This document shows, piece after piece, positions 28,234 through 38,015 of a stretch of 64,000 nt of DNA. The translations under genes were made by a program, and so were the position numbers. Source of the DNA: a candidate division WWE3 bacterium (GTDB taxonomy: Bacteria > Patescibacteriota > WWE3 > UBA101185 > UBA10185); contig WJKK01000001.1 in NCBI GenBank assembly GCA_014729135.1, positions 535,590-599,589 on the forward strand, read 5' to 3'. The notes beneath the pieces were generated by a model. That model saw nothing but the letters and a program-made list of their open reading frames with translations. It had not been told where the DNA came from and made no database searches. Every line of letters starts with the position of its first letter. Within the stretch, counting starts at the first letter, position 1.

Positions 28234-30660
28234 ATGGATCTACTCGAAAACTTTAAACTATATTCTGACTCTGTTCCTGCTCGTAATGGGGACATAAATT
28301 TCACTGACAATGCATTAAAAATTTTGGAGCGCAGGTTTTTGCGCAAGAACTCTTCGGGAGTGGTTGTTGAGACTCCTGAGCAGATGTTTGAAAGGTTGGC
28401 TTCTGTAGTGGCAGCCCCGGATGAGCCTTATGCGGATGTAAAAAAAACTACAAATGAGTTTTACAATTTGCTTTCTACAAAGGATTTTTTTCCAAATTCG
28501 CCAACTTTTACAGGGGCGGGAACTCCCTTAGGGCAGTTAGCTGCTTGTTTTGTGCTTCCTATTGCGGATGATTTGGGCAAGGAAGATGATGGAATTTTTT
28601 CTACATTAAGAAATGCAGCTTTGATTCAGCAATCGGGAGGCGGTAATGGTTTTTCGTTTTCAAGACTTCGTCCTTCCGGTTCACGTGTGGCCAGCAGCAA
28701 TGGAAAAGCTACAGGCCCCATTGGTTTCATGCGGGTTTATGATCATGCCTTTGGTGAAGTTGCTCAAGGGGGCGTTAGAAGAGGTGCCAACATGGGTGTT
28801 TTACGTGTGGATCATCCCGATATTCGCGATTTTATAAAGTGCAAGTCTGCCGAGGGGGATATTTCCAACTTTAATATTTCGGTGGCTATTACTGATGCGT
28901 TTATGCAGGCTGTTAAGGAGGATACTACCTATGATTTGATAGATCCGCATACAAAGGAAGTAGCTGAATCTCCTAAAGCTCGTGAAATTTTTGACATGAT
29001 TGTTAAATATGCTTACAGGAATGGGGAACCGGGGATTTTGTATATCGATGAGGCTAACCGGGATAATCCCGTGCCACACTTGTACAAGCTTGAGGCTACT
29101 AATCCTTGTGGAGAGCAGTGGCTTGGCCCTTATGAGAATTGCTGTCTAGGTTCTATTAACCTTTCGCATCATGTGACTGAATCCGGAAAAATGGATTGGG
29201 AAAAGCTAGCTGAAACTACTAAACTTGCCACTCGTTTTTTGGATAATGTTGTTACGGCAAATAAGTATGTTCCGGCTGTTCCCCAGTTGAGGGAGTCTGC
29301 TATGAGAGCACGTAGAATAGGTTTGGGTTTGATGGGATTAGCGGATGTTTTTTATAAGCTGCGTGTTAGTTATGGGAGTTCTGAGTCTTTGGAATTGGCA
29401 GCTAAGATTGCCGAGTTTATTCGTTATAACAGTATGAAAACGTCTATTGCCTTAGCACAGGAGCGGGGAGCTTTTCCTGCTATCAACGGGAGTATTTATG
29501 ACCCTGAAAACATTACTTGGGAAGCGCCGACTCCTTTGTTTGAATATGAGAAGGATTTTGGGCGTCCTGAGTTGAATTGGGAAACACTTAAAGATGGAAT
29601 TAAGAAGCATGGAATTAGAAATGCTGCTCAAATGACTATTGCACCTACAGGTACGCGAGCAACAGTGGCCGGTTTGGAAGGTTACGGATGTGAGCCGGTT
29701 TTTGCTTTAGCTTATAAGCGCAATGTTTATCAGGCTGCAGGAGAGGACGAGAAGCTGACTTTAAATTATGTAAGTCCGTTGTTTCAGGAAGCTTTAGATG
29801 AGATGAATATGTCTGAGGAAAGGCGGGACGCTTTAGTTGAGGAAATTGTTACAACGGGATCTTGTCAAAAGGTTGTAAATCTCCCTGATGAAATTAAGTC
29901 TACTTTTGTGGTTTCCTCCGATATTTCCCCTGAAAAGCACATTTTAATGCAGGCTGCTTTGCAAAGGTTTATAGATAATTCAATTTCTAAGACATGCAAT
30001 TTGCCGGCTAGTGCGGAGCCTTCTCATATTGCCGATTTGTATATGCGAGGGTGGGAGCTTGGTTTAAAGGGCCTAACGGTTTATGTTGCGGGCCAGCGAG
30101 AAGAGGAGGTTTTGGAGACCAAAGAAACCAGTGATGCAAAGAAGGCTAAAGAGGAGACACCTGTTGTTTTGGAACGTGGTCATAGATTAACCGGCCACAC
30201 TTATAAGGTTAAGACACCGCAGGGGAATGCCTATATCGTTATTAATCGCAATGGCAACGACGAACCTTTTGAGGTTTTTGTTAATGTGGGTAAGGCCGGC
30301 ACAGATGTTGCTGCTCTGTCGGAGGCTTTAGGCCGTTTAATTTCAGGATGGCTTCGTTCCTCGGAGGCTCCTAAGGAGACGGTGAAGGAAATTGTTGTTC
30401 AGTTAATTGGTATTGGTGGAGCTACTTCGGTTGGTTTTGGCAAGGATCGAGTTGGGTCCATTCCGGATGCCGTGGCTAAGATTTTATCGGAGGATTTGGG
30501 TATTCAAGTGAGAGCTAATGGAACGACTATTGTGGAGGAGGACAAGGATGAAGTTTCGGTTTTTTCTTATGCTAATGTTTGTCCTGACTGTGGAAATGCT
30601 ACGTTCGTTCGCGAGGAAGGCTGCACCAAGTGTTACACCTGCGGGTATAGTGTTTGCTAA
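28234..30660 (+). CDS. nrdJ: Adenosylcobalamin-dependent (class II) ribonucleotide reductase with C-terminal TSCPD/Zn-ribbon domain
   Basis: [37 protein letters not shown]; C-terminal CPDC..EGC.KC..CGYS.C. Confidence 0.93.
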   Translation: MDLLENFKLYSDSVPARNGDINFTDNALKILERRFLRKNSSGVVVETPEQMFERLASVVAAPDEPYADVKKTTNEFYNLLSTKDFFPNSPTFTGAGTPLGQLAACFVLPIADDLGKEDDGIFSTLRNAALIQQSGGGNGFSFSRLRPSGSRVASSNGKATGPIGFMRVYDHAFGEVAQGGVRRGANMGVLRVDHPDIRDFIKCKSAEGDISNFNISVAITDAFMQAVKEDTTYDLIDPHTKEVAESPKAREIFDMIVKYAYRNGEPGILYIDEANRDNPVPHLYKLEATNPCGEQWLGPYENCCLGSINLSHHVTESGKMDWEKLAETTKLATRFLDNVVTANKYVPAVPQLRESAMRARRIGLGLMGLADVFYKLRVSYGSSESLELAAKIAEFIRYNSMKTSIALAQERGAFPAINGSIYDPENITWEAPTPLFEYEKDFGRPELNWETLKDGIKKHGIRNAAQMTIAPTGTRATVAGLEGYGCEPVFALAYKRNVYQAAGEDEKLTLNYVSPLFQEALDEMNMSEERRDALVEEIVTTGSCQKVVNLPDEIKSTFVVSSDISPEKHILMQAALQRFIDNSISKTCNLPASAEPSHIADLYMRGWELGLKGLTVYVAGQREEEVLETKETSDAKKAKEETPVVLERGHRLTGHTYKVKTPQGNAYIVINRNGNDEPFEVFVNVGKAGTDVAALSEALGRLISGWLRSSEAPKETVKEIVVQLIGIGGATSVGFGKDRVGSIPDAVAKILSEDLGIQVRANGTTIVEEDKDEVSVFSYANVCPDCGNATFVREEGCTKCYTCGYSVC

Positions 30661-30684
30661 TTTTAGTTTAAGAAAGGCGTTTTA

Positions 30685-31215
30685 GTGAGTGTTTATACCG
30701 GTAAGGGCGATAAAGGTTTTAGTTCTACTTCAAATGGGGATAATTTGCCTAAGGCGGCTTTGGTTTTTGAGGCTCTTGGCCTTATGGATGAGTTTCAGGC
30801 TGCACTTGCTTTTGTGTTTTTGGATGCTGCTGTTAAGCTTTCCGGCAAAGACAGAGGGCTTTTAAGGAGTTGTAATACTGCTTTATTTTCTATAAATGGC
30901 TATATTGCAGGCTGTTCTGATCTGGATTCCGCGTATCTTTTAACGCTTGTAACTCAAATGGAAGAGCAAATGGATGCTTTAGAAGAAAGTCTTCCCGAAA
31001 TTACAGGATTTGTGGAACCGGGGGAATCCGCTTTTGCTTGTTGGCTTAATCTCTCGCGTGTTAAGTGTCGAACAGCAGAAAGGTCTTTGGTAAAGCTTTT
31101 TAAAACTGCTGAATCCTTTGATGAATCCGCCAAATCTGTATTAAAGTTTATGAACAGATTTTCCGACTATCTTTTCATGTTAATGCGCGCTGCCTCTTGC
31201 GACACTCCTGACTAA
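30685..31215 (+). CDS. PduO-type cob(I)alamin adenosyltransferase
   Basis: VYTGKGDKG, G.MDE, R..CRTAER, MNRFSDYLF. Directly after nrdJ. Confidence 0.88.
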   Translation: MSVYTGKGDKGFSSTSNGDNLPKAALVFEALGLMDEFQAALAFVFLDAAVKLSGKDRGLLRSCNTALFSINGYIAGCSDLDSAYLLTLVTQMEEQMDALEESLPEITGFVEPGESAFACWLNLSRVKCRTAERSLVKLFKTAESFDESAKSVLKFMNRFSDYLFMLMRAASCDTPD

Positions 31216-32840
31216 TACTCACCGTTTTTATAGGCACGCTTAATATACTCATTAACCATTCGGCTTGCATTAAAAAACGATCCATTAAGCATAATCGTCT
31301 TGCGCATAACTTGGCGCCATCCATCCGGATCCTTATAAAACAAAGGCATAACTTTTGTATCCAAGACCTCGTACAGATCCTCCGGAGTAGGAAAAGACCA
31401 ACCTGTTTCACCTTCAATACAGCCTTCAATCCACCAACCATCTCGAACACTTAGATGAGGAACTCCATTTAATGCACACTTCATGCCACTGGTTCCTGAA
31501 GCTTCATGAGGAGGCTCCGGAGTATTTAGCCACGTATCAACTCCTGCAGTCATAAGCTGCCCAAGATACATATCATAATTAGTTATGTAAGCAAGCTTTA
31601 AGTTCTCACCAAGATTTTCACCAAGTTTAATAATTTCAGCAATAAGCTTTTGACCGCCCTCATCCTTGGGATGTGCTTTACCTCCATAAATAACCTGAAT
31701 AGGTCCGTGTTTATCCGCAATTTGATTTAAGCGGTCCAAATCCTTAAACAAAAAGTCAGGGCGTTTATATTCCGTAAAACGACGTGCCCATCCTAAAGTG
31801 AAAAAGTCATAATCCATTCCCACATTTGTATGTGCATTCGTATAGTCAATAATTCGCTTTTTTGCAGCCTGATGCGCTTCCCAAATCTCACTCAGGCTAA
31901 TATTAGAAACATATCTTAAGGAATAGGGGTCTTCCTTCCAGTGGTGAATATACTTGTCATATAGCTTTGCAAAAGGAGCAGAAACCCACGTTCTAGCATG
32001 AACTCCGTTTGTAATTGAGTGAATTGGATAGTTGGGAAACATTGTTTTTGAAATCTCTGCATGCTTTTGAGCTACCCCGTTAATATAGTTACTGGAGTTT
32101 AAGGCCAAGAGAGTCATGTTTAGCTGCCCTTCCATGTGGTATTCTTCTGCTAAAATTTCGTAAAGTTCAGGTGCTAGGATCTTTTTAACCAGGTCCATTT
32201 GAAACTTGTCATGCCCTGCCGGAACAGGAGTATGTGTTGTAAACATGCATTGTTCCCGAACTTTCTCTTTATTTTGCAGTTTACTTTCAAGCTCCAAAGC
32301 AAGCAAAGCTGAGTGACCTTCGTTCATGTGATAGCGATCAACTTCTGTATAGCCCAGTTTTTCCAGCATTCTAACTCCGCCAATTCCTAAAACAATTTCT
32401 TGGCTTAAGCGGTAATCCGGTCCGTCTCCATAAAGATCGTGACAAAGTGCTTTAGCTTCTTCAGAGTTTTCTTCAAAGTTGGTATGCAAAAAGTAAACAG
32501 GGACTTTGTAGTCATGGAATCCTTCTATTTCGTATTTCCAGCAGCCCACTGAAACATCTTCTCCGTTAATTTTTACAGTAACTTTTGCATCAACGGGAGT
32601 TAAAAAATCGTCAATTCGCCAGGACATGGGTTCTGAAATTTGTTTTCCTGCGTCAATTTCCTGAAAGAAGTAGCCATGTTTTGTAAGGAGGGTGACGCCT
32701 ACTATGGGGAGGTGGCTGTCTGCTGCTGCTTTTAGGGTGTCGCCTGCAAGGACGCCTAGTCCTCCGGAGTAAGTTGGTATTTTAGCGGAGAGGCCTACTT
32801 CCATGGAGAAGTATGCGTATTTGCGGTCTTTTTTGTTCAT
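31212..32840 (-). CDS. glgP: Alpha-glucan phosphorylase
   Basis: YFSME..YSGGLGVLAGD, HMNEGH, FTTHTPVPAGHD, EASGTSGMK. Confidence 0.93.
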   Translation of the reverse strand: MNKKDRKYAYFSMEVGLSAKIPTYSGGLGVLAGDTLKAAADSHLPIVGVTLLTKHGYFFQEIDAGKQISEPMSWRIDDFLTPVDAKVTVKINGEDVSVGCWKYEIEGFHDYKVPVYFLHTNFEENSEEAKALCHDLYGDGPDYRLSQEIVLGIGGVRMLEKLGYTEVDRYHMNEGHSALLALELESKLQNKEKVREQCMFTTHTPVPAGHDKFQMDLVKKILAPELYEILAEEYHMEGQLNMTLLALNSSNYINGVAQKHAEISKTMFPNYPIHSITNGVHARTWVSAPFAKLYDKYIHHWKEDPYSLRYVSNISLSEIWEAHQAAKKRIIDYTNAHTNVGMDYDFFTLGWARRFTEYKRPDFLFKDLDRLNQIADKHGPIQVIYGGKAHPKDEGGQKLIAEIIKLGENLGENLKLAYITNYDMYLGQLMTAGVDTWLNTPEPPHEASGTSGMKCALNGVPHLSVRDGWWIEGCIEGETGWSFPTPEDLYEVLDTKVMPLFYKDPDGWRQVMRKTIMLNGSFFNASRMVNEYIKRAYKNGEY

Positions 32841-32960
32841 ATATTTTTTAGTATAGCAGACAGTATGGTGAGAGAGCGCTGACTTTGCTTTTACAGTTAA
32901 GGTTGTATATGTAATATTTTTTTAGGAAACGTAAGTGGATTAATTTGCTAAGATAGTTTT

Positions 32961-33776
32961 ATGTCAGGAACAAAAATCTTGCCCAATCGTCGCAAGGCAA
33001 CTACCGAAGGATCTGTATCGGCTAATGAAAAGCCCTTAGATGATGAGAGTTATCGGGTCCCTCCTTTGGTTGAGCGGCTTCGTGCTGTGGAGTCTGCTTT
33101 TAAGGGTCTTCATTTGACAGAAACCTTAGAAGCATTGACTGATGACTGCACTTCTTTTGAAGATTATCAAGCCGAAAAAATTTCAGAAGGATTTGTTGAA
33201 ACTTGGCGCACAGGTTACCGTATTTCAAAAACATTACCTTCGGGAATACACAAGATTCGTATAGTAGATACTAGTAATGAGCGTGTTGAACGTTCTCCAG
33301 GCTCTATAGAGATTTCAATAGATGATTCAGAAAAAACTGCGACGTTAACTCAAAGCTCTCATGCTTTAGGACCTTTTGCAGGAGATTTAGGGTTATATGA
33401 TGCTTGGCGTCACCTTAATGATGAATCACAGAAATTATCTTTGGAAGAAGAATCTTTTAATGAGCGTCAGATATTGGAGGCTTGGGAGCCCCCTACTTCT
33501 GTAGCTCGTGCTATTATGATCTCTCCCAGCACTCACTCTATAAGGACCCTCAGCTCTTTGATGTCAGCAGAAGTAAAACGCTCTATAGAAATTAATTCAG
33601 AGGGTGAGGCGACGGGTGGTTCTATCGAGGTGCACTTGTTTGATGAATATGGAGAGGGTCTTGTTAGGGATGATGCTGAAGAGCTCTATATTAAGAGAGA
33701 GGAGTATGTTATTCGCTCAGGACCTTTAGGGGAGGATGCCACTTGGGAATCTGAGGAAAAGCGTGATTATTTGTGA
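32961..33776 (+). CDS. Hypothetical acidic protein
   Basis: 271-aa ORF filling the gap; no recognisable motif. Confidence 0.65.
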   Translation: MSGTKILPNRRKATTEGSVSANEKPLDDESYRVPPLVERLRAVESAFKGLHLTETLEALTDDCTSFEDYQAEKISEGFVETWRTGYRISKTLPSGIHKIRIVDTSNERVERSPGSIEISIDDSEKTATLTQSSHALGPFAGDLGLYDAWRHLNDESQKLSLEEESFNERQILEAWEPPTSVARAIMISPSTHSIRTLSSLMSAEVKRSIEINSEGEATGGSIEVHLFDEYGEGLVRDDAEELYIKREEYVIRSGPLGEDATWESEEKRDYL

Positions 33777-33812
33777 GGAGGATCATTTATTGCGCTATAG
33801 ATCTTTTTAAGG

Positions 33813-34409
33813 TCAAAAGTTTCTTATAACTCTAAGTTCCAGCCATTTTGCCGTCCACTTCTCCACTTTTTTCTCAAAAATCTCCGGAATTACATGCGGT
33901 AAATTAGGTCTTAAAATCATTCCAAAAAGATCAGAAAGGCCATATGGAGCAACTACAGAAAACTCTCCATTTCTTTTGGTTATTCCTATGCAGGTTATTG
34001 TTGTTGGCCAGGTACTTATTGCGTGTTCTAGGCTTTTGTATTGTTCTATTTTTTGCCCGAAGTCTTCCTCAAACCAAAGATGTACTCTTGCTTCGTTTAC
34101 GATGTCTAAATTTTCGGCTAGATCAGGAAATTGGTCTTTGATTTCTCGCTGGATTCTTAGTTCAGCTTCTTTTGATATGTCATCGTCCCAATAAACAATG
34201 TCATAATCCCCTATTCCATGGGTTATTTTTCTGTTGGTAAGGTGATTCCATACTGTTTGGTTTACACATCCTGCTGCAATGTACCAGGGATGATTATGTG
34301 GGAATTTTAGGTTGTTTAGGATTTTTCTGAGGTTTGGGTTTTTGAGGGTTATTTTTAGGAGTTGTTCTTGTTGTTTTTGGAGTGTTTGGTGGGTGTGTTG
34401 GTTTTTCAT
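33813..34409 (-). CDS. Nucleotidyltransferase family protein (DUF925/NTP_transf_6-like)
   Basis: WYIAAGCV.QTVWN, DYDIVYWD, NEARVHLW, APYGL.DLF...RPN. Lies just beyond the tRNA-Glu hairpin array. Confidence 0.85.
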   Translation of the reverse strand: MKNQHTHQTLQKQQEQLLKITLKNPNLRKILNNLKFPHNHPWYIAAGCVNQTVWNHLTNRKITHGIGDYDIVYWDDDISKEAELRIQREIKDQFPDLAENLDIVNEARVHLWFEEDFGQKIEQYKSLEHAISTWPTTITCIGITKRNGEFSVVAPYGLSDLFGMILRPNLPHVIPEIFEKKVEKWTAKWLELRVIRNF

Positions 34410-34440
34410 GGAGGAAGTTTAGCATGCGGGTCTCGAGTTA

Positions 34441-34610
34441 TCACAAGTTGAGTACAACCTGTGAGGTAACAAGTTTGGTGTAAGTTTCAAAATTAGTTCG
34501 CAAAAGTCCTTCGGACATTTTGCGGCGTATCAAAATCCTCACATCCTTAATCATAGCAAGTGAATGTTCGGATTATTGATAAGCATTTCAAGTTGCGGCG
34601 CAACTTGAAA
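34441..34610 (-). repeat. Modular hairpin array immediately 3' of tRNA-Glu
   Basis: Abuts the CCA. Homologous to 23424-23582. The inner module CGAA-cattcacttgctatgattaaggatg-TGAG matches 36595-36626. Confidence 0.9.
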
Positions 34611-34685
34611 TGGTGACCCCAAGGGGAATCGAACCCCTATTACCAGGATGAAAACCTGGCGTCCTAGCCGTTAGACGATGGGGCC
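34611..34685 (-). tRNA. tRNA-Glu(TTC)
   Basis: GGCCCCA...TGGGGTC-ACCA; anticodon arm ccagg-tt-TTC-at-cctgg. Confidence 0.95.
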
Positions 34686-34859
34686 TTAAGATCATCCCGG
34701 GTTTGTTGTGCTGACACTAAGAACAACCCGGACTATATCAAAGCCTCTGACGCAAAATATTCTAACACAAAAGGGATAAGTTTGATAAAATAACACCGCC
34801 CTTAGATAGTATCAACCTACAACAAAATCGCCACTAAAACCTATCAAAAAGGCAAAAAC

Positions 34860-36278
34860 ATGACACTACTACGTAACCTACTATTTTACATATCCTCCTT
34901 TTTAATTTCCATTTTCCCAATGGAAAGCCATACTGAAGGAATAACAGGCCAACCTCAATCCTTCCTTCCAAGCCAGGCCAAAACACAAACTGATCAAACC
35001 ATTTCTCATCTAATTTATCGTGGGCTTTTTAAATACGACATCTACGGAATCTTAGTGCCCGATCTAGCCGATTCCTGGGACGTTTCAGAAGATGGTTTAA
35101 CATACACAATTAAGCTTAAAGAAAGTCAAACCTGGTCTAATGGCACAGAAATAACCTCCGACGACTTGATTTACACTGCCTTTAAAGTTCCTGATCTTTC
35201 AGGTGTAGCTACAGACAAAGTGGATCGTTACACGGTTCGCTACACTTTACCTAACAAGTTTTCTCCTTTTTTAAGCATGTTAACCGGTGGAGTCATGCCT
35301 GTTGATGCCGAAGAAAAGCAGAATCCTTTAAAGCCCCTCTCCAACGGGGAGTTTCGCGTGGTTCGTATTGAAAAAGAAGGGCCGGCAGTAAAGGAAGTTG
35401 TTTTGTATAACCATAATGATGAAGCCGACATAAGAAAGCTGATTTTTCGCTTTTACTTTAATGAGGACGAACTCTTAACTGCCGCTAAACTAGGAGAAAT
35501 TGATGCCTTTATGCACTCGGATATTTTGGATTTGGAGCGCTTTGAAAACTTTAAATTTCCTTTGCAAGGGGTTTACTATGCCCTGTTTTTTAACCTGCGG
35601 GATGAAGCTTTGCAGGACCTGGAGTTTCGGCAAAAGCTGGCTCAAGTTTTACCGGTTAAAAAGCTAACTAGAGATCTAGGCATTCCTGTAGAAGGGCCCA
35701 TTAGTAGAAGCATTTATACCGACAAATCCGTTAATTTTTACCTTTATGAGGAAGATTTTGTTCCGGAATTTGTTGATAAGACAGTTCATTTGACTATTCC
35801 TGATTTAAAGCGACATAAGGTGCTGGCTAGTGAGATTGAAAGTTTGTGGGAGGATAATCTTGGATTAAACGTTGTGGTTACTTCTAAGGAGGTTGATGAG
35901 CTTAAGGAGACTATTGAAAAGCGGGATTTTGAGATTTTGCTTTATGGGCAGCAGGTCGGGCGTGATCCGGATCGCTATGTTAATTGGCACTCTACTCAGC
36001 GGGAGCCTCCTGGGCTAAACATTACGGGATTTGAGCAGGTTAAGGCGGATCGTGCTTTGGAGGAGGGGCGTGCCCTAAATGAGCAACAGGAGCGCCAGGT
36101 GCATTACTCGGTTTTTCAGGAGACGCTTATGGAAAATGTTCCGGCTGTGTTTTTGTACCATCCTTATGTGAACTATTACTTTGATAACAGTGTTTCGGGG
36201 ATAGGTGAGAAGTATACTTTTAATGTTTGGGATAGGTTTATTGATCTTGATAACTGGAAGAAGATTCCTATAAATTAG
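34860..36278 (+). CDS. ABC transporter substrate-binding protein, family 5 (peptide/OppA-like)
   Basis: LIYRGLFKYD..G.LVPDLADSW..SEDG.TYT.KLK, ITSDD. Confidence 0.88.
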   Translation: MTLLRNLLFYISSFLISIFPMESHTEGITGQPQSFLPSQAKTQTDQTISHLIYRGLFKYDIYGILVPDLADSWDVSEDGLTYTIKLKESQTWSNGTEITSDDLIYTAFKVPDLSGVATDKVDRYTVRYTLPNKFSPFLSMLTGGVMPVDAEEKQNPLKPLSNGEFRVVRIEKEGPAVKEVVLYNHNDEADIRKLIFRFYFNEDELLTAAKLGEIDAFMHSDILDLERFENFKFPLQGVYYALFFNLRDEALQDLEFRQKLAQVLPVKKLTRDLGIPVEGPISRSIYTDKSVNFYLYEEDFVPEFVDKTVHLTIPDLKRHKVLASEIESLWEDNLGLNVVVTSKEVDELKETIEKRDFEILLYGQQVGRDPDRYVNWHSTQREPPGLNITGFEQVKADRALEEGRALNEQQERQVHYSVFQETLMENVPAVFLYHPYVNYYFDNSVSGIGEKYTFNVWDRFIDLDNWKKIPIN

Positions 36279-36375
36279 GCTTTTAATGTTATAATCCTGT
36301 GTGTTGCGGAGCCTCTGCTTTTGTTTTTGTGGGTGTTTGCGTACTTTTCAACAGAGGGTTTTCAACGGATTTTAT

Positions 36376-36453
36376 GGTGGCTGTAGCTCAACTGGTTAGA
36401 GCACCGCCCTGTGAAGGCGGGGGTTGAGGGTTCGAATCCCTTCAGTCACCCCA
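36376..36453 (+). tRNA. tRNA-His(GTG) with encoded G-1
   Basis: G-GTGGCTG...CAGTCAC-CCCA; anticodon arm ccgcc-ct-GTG-aa-ggcgg. Confidence 0.95.
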
Positions 36454-36666
36454 GAGGCTTTTGCGAAGCAAAAGGCGATGGTTGATCAAAATGCGCCCGA
36501 ATGGGAGCATTTTGACCTACCCGAAAACTTGGTACTCCAAGTTTGAGTTCCCCATTCAAAATCGCGTAGCATTTTGAATGACTCAGGTAAATTCGAACTT
36601 TCACTTGCTATGATTTAGGAAGTGAGAATTTAGCTGTGCCCGAAAAGTTGCAATAGCAACTTTGAG
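36454..36666 (+). repeat. Two-unit modular hairpin array at the tRNA-His 3' end
   Basis: Unit 1 (about 36448-36547) recurs at 42920-43012. Unit 2 (36550-36640) recurs at 45864-45954 with 87/91 identity. Confidence 0.92.
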
Positions 36667-37132
36667 TACTCTTTTGGGAATAATGTTTGGAATAGCTGTT
36701 CTAGCTTCCTTTATAATCCCTAAAGACTCAAATCTCTCGAAAAGTAATTCAAGTCCTACAGTAGAACCAGCTACTGCAGAGCAAGTCAAGCAAACACCAA
36801 CAAATTCTGAAAATGAGGAAGCTTTATTGGAATCTGAAGGTTATATCCTAGATAAATATCACTACTCCATCTATAAGAAACCTAGTGATGTAAGAAGTGT
36901 AGCTATGTTTGAACCCTTTCTTCCAAGAGATGATACAACATTGACTCTAGCTTTATATGAGTTAGTGACTGTAACTTATGGAAAAAATACAGTTACAGAT
37001 CTTGAACCAAAATTAGAAGCACAAAACGACACAATATTTATAACTCTCAAAGCTGAAGATGGAAAATATGTTTTTATGCCTGTTAAGGAAGATACAGGAG
37101 AGGTAAGTAGTATTGTTTTTTGGCTGGAGTAG
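36662..37132 (+). CDS. Membrane-anchored hypothetical protein, possibly 5'-truncated
   Basis: The frame begins inside the last hairpin, directly with a hydrophobic segment, followed by an S/T/P linker and a globular domain. Confidence 0.6.
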   Translation: MSTLLGIMFGIAVLASFIIPKDSNLSKSNSSPTVEPATAEQVKQTPTNSENEEALLESEGYILDKYHYSIYKKPSDVRSVAMFEPFLPRDDTTLTLALYELVTVTYGKNTVTDLEPKLEAQNDTIFITLKAEDGKYVFMPVKEDTGEVSSIVFWLE

Positions 37133-37249
37133 TTAATTTGCTTTAGAACAAAAAATTAAGGCTTAGAGATTAATTTTTAGTTGCTTAGAGTATTTGGATA
37201 TAACTTTAATCTAAACATTAAAAACTAAGGCCTTGTAGGGAGTTAAATT

Positions 37250-37405
37250 ATGCAATCAAAAGATAAATCACAAAATAATTCTAAAAAAGAACAAAATTCA
37301 GCTAAAAAAGTGAATTTATGGCTTGAAAGTTTTGCTAGTTTTTTATTGGAGAATGTGAATAGTATTTCAAAGATTAAAAATGACAAAAAAAGCGGACAAA
37401 AATAA
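37250..37405 (+). CDS. 51-aa hypothetical protein
   Basis: GGGAG SD, then an intact frame MQSKDKSQNNSKKEQNSAKKVNLWLESFASFLLENVNSISKIKNDKKSGQK that overlaps the next start. Confidence 0.5.
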   Translation: MQSKDKSQNNSKKEQNSAKKVNLWLESFASFLLENVNSISKIKNDKKSGQK

Positions 37406-37940
37406 ACCCGATAAAGAATATAGTTTAAAGGAACTAATAGATTTTACACAACATGCTTTGATTTCGGAGGATAAAAACTTACAGAAGAAAGTTTGGAAAT
37501 ATATAAACTGTAATGAGGGAATGTGGCCTTGGATAAGGGCAGGAATCTTAGTTAGGGCTTATGAAGCTGCTGACGCAAAAGGAAGGGAAGAATTCTGCAT
37601 GATAAATATACAAAGTCTTGTTGAATATAAAGCTCTTAAACCATTAAAGAAGACTTTTACTGACAAGGAAACAGGAATAGAGTATAGGCAATTTAAGTAC
37701 AAAAATGGAAGAATAGAGAGAATCCCTATGGCTACGGAAGGGATGTGCAAACTGGCTTACGATACGGCACTTAACAAGAAATTTTTAGGTGATTATGTGA
37801 CTTTTCATTCTTCTGGTCAATCCGAGCCTGTAGAGGAATATATATTAGATACTCAGGAGAAGGTTGATGACTATAATGCGGGGAAGTGGTTTAAGAAGTG
37901 GTACATAAAAGATAAAGAACAGTCCCCAAGTAGTAAGTAG
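37380..37940 (+). CDS. Hypothetical protein
   Basis: 186-aa ORF with no recognised family. Confidence 0.7.
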   Translation: MTKKADKNKPDKEYSLKELIDFTQHALISEDKNLQKKVWKYINCNEGMWPWIRAGILVRAYEAADAKGREEFCMINIQSLVEYKALKPLKKTFTDKETGIEYRQFKYKNGRIERIPMATEGMCKLAYDTALNKKFLGDYVTFHSSGQSEPVEEYILDTQEKVDDYNAGKWFKKWYIKDKEQSPSSK

Positions 37941-38015
37941 TAGCGGCTTTCTCTCCAAATCTTCGGGTTTAATTGGTATAATAACTATATAGTAATTTTA
38001 TGAGGAATAGTTTAG

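Noticed and set aside
18631-30660. Inteins in polA or nrdJ
   Set aside because: Lengths and motif spacing are normal, and no intein terminal motifs are seen.
9328-36453. tRNA introns or split tRNAs as an explanation for the structured flanks
   Set aside because: All six tRNAs are contiguous 75-78 nt genes with encoded CCA, and the structures lie outside them.
37920-37928. cagtcccca (and accccaga near 46976) as further tRNA-His end mimics
   Set aside because: They lie inside ORFs and are not followed by hairpin units, so they are compatible with chance.
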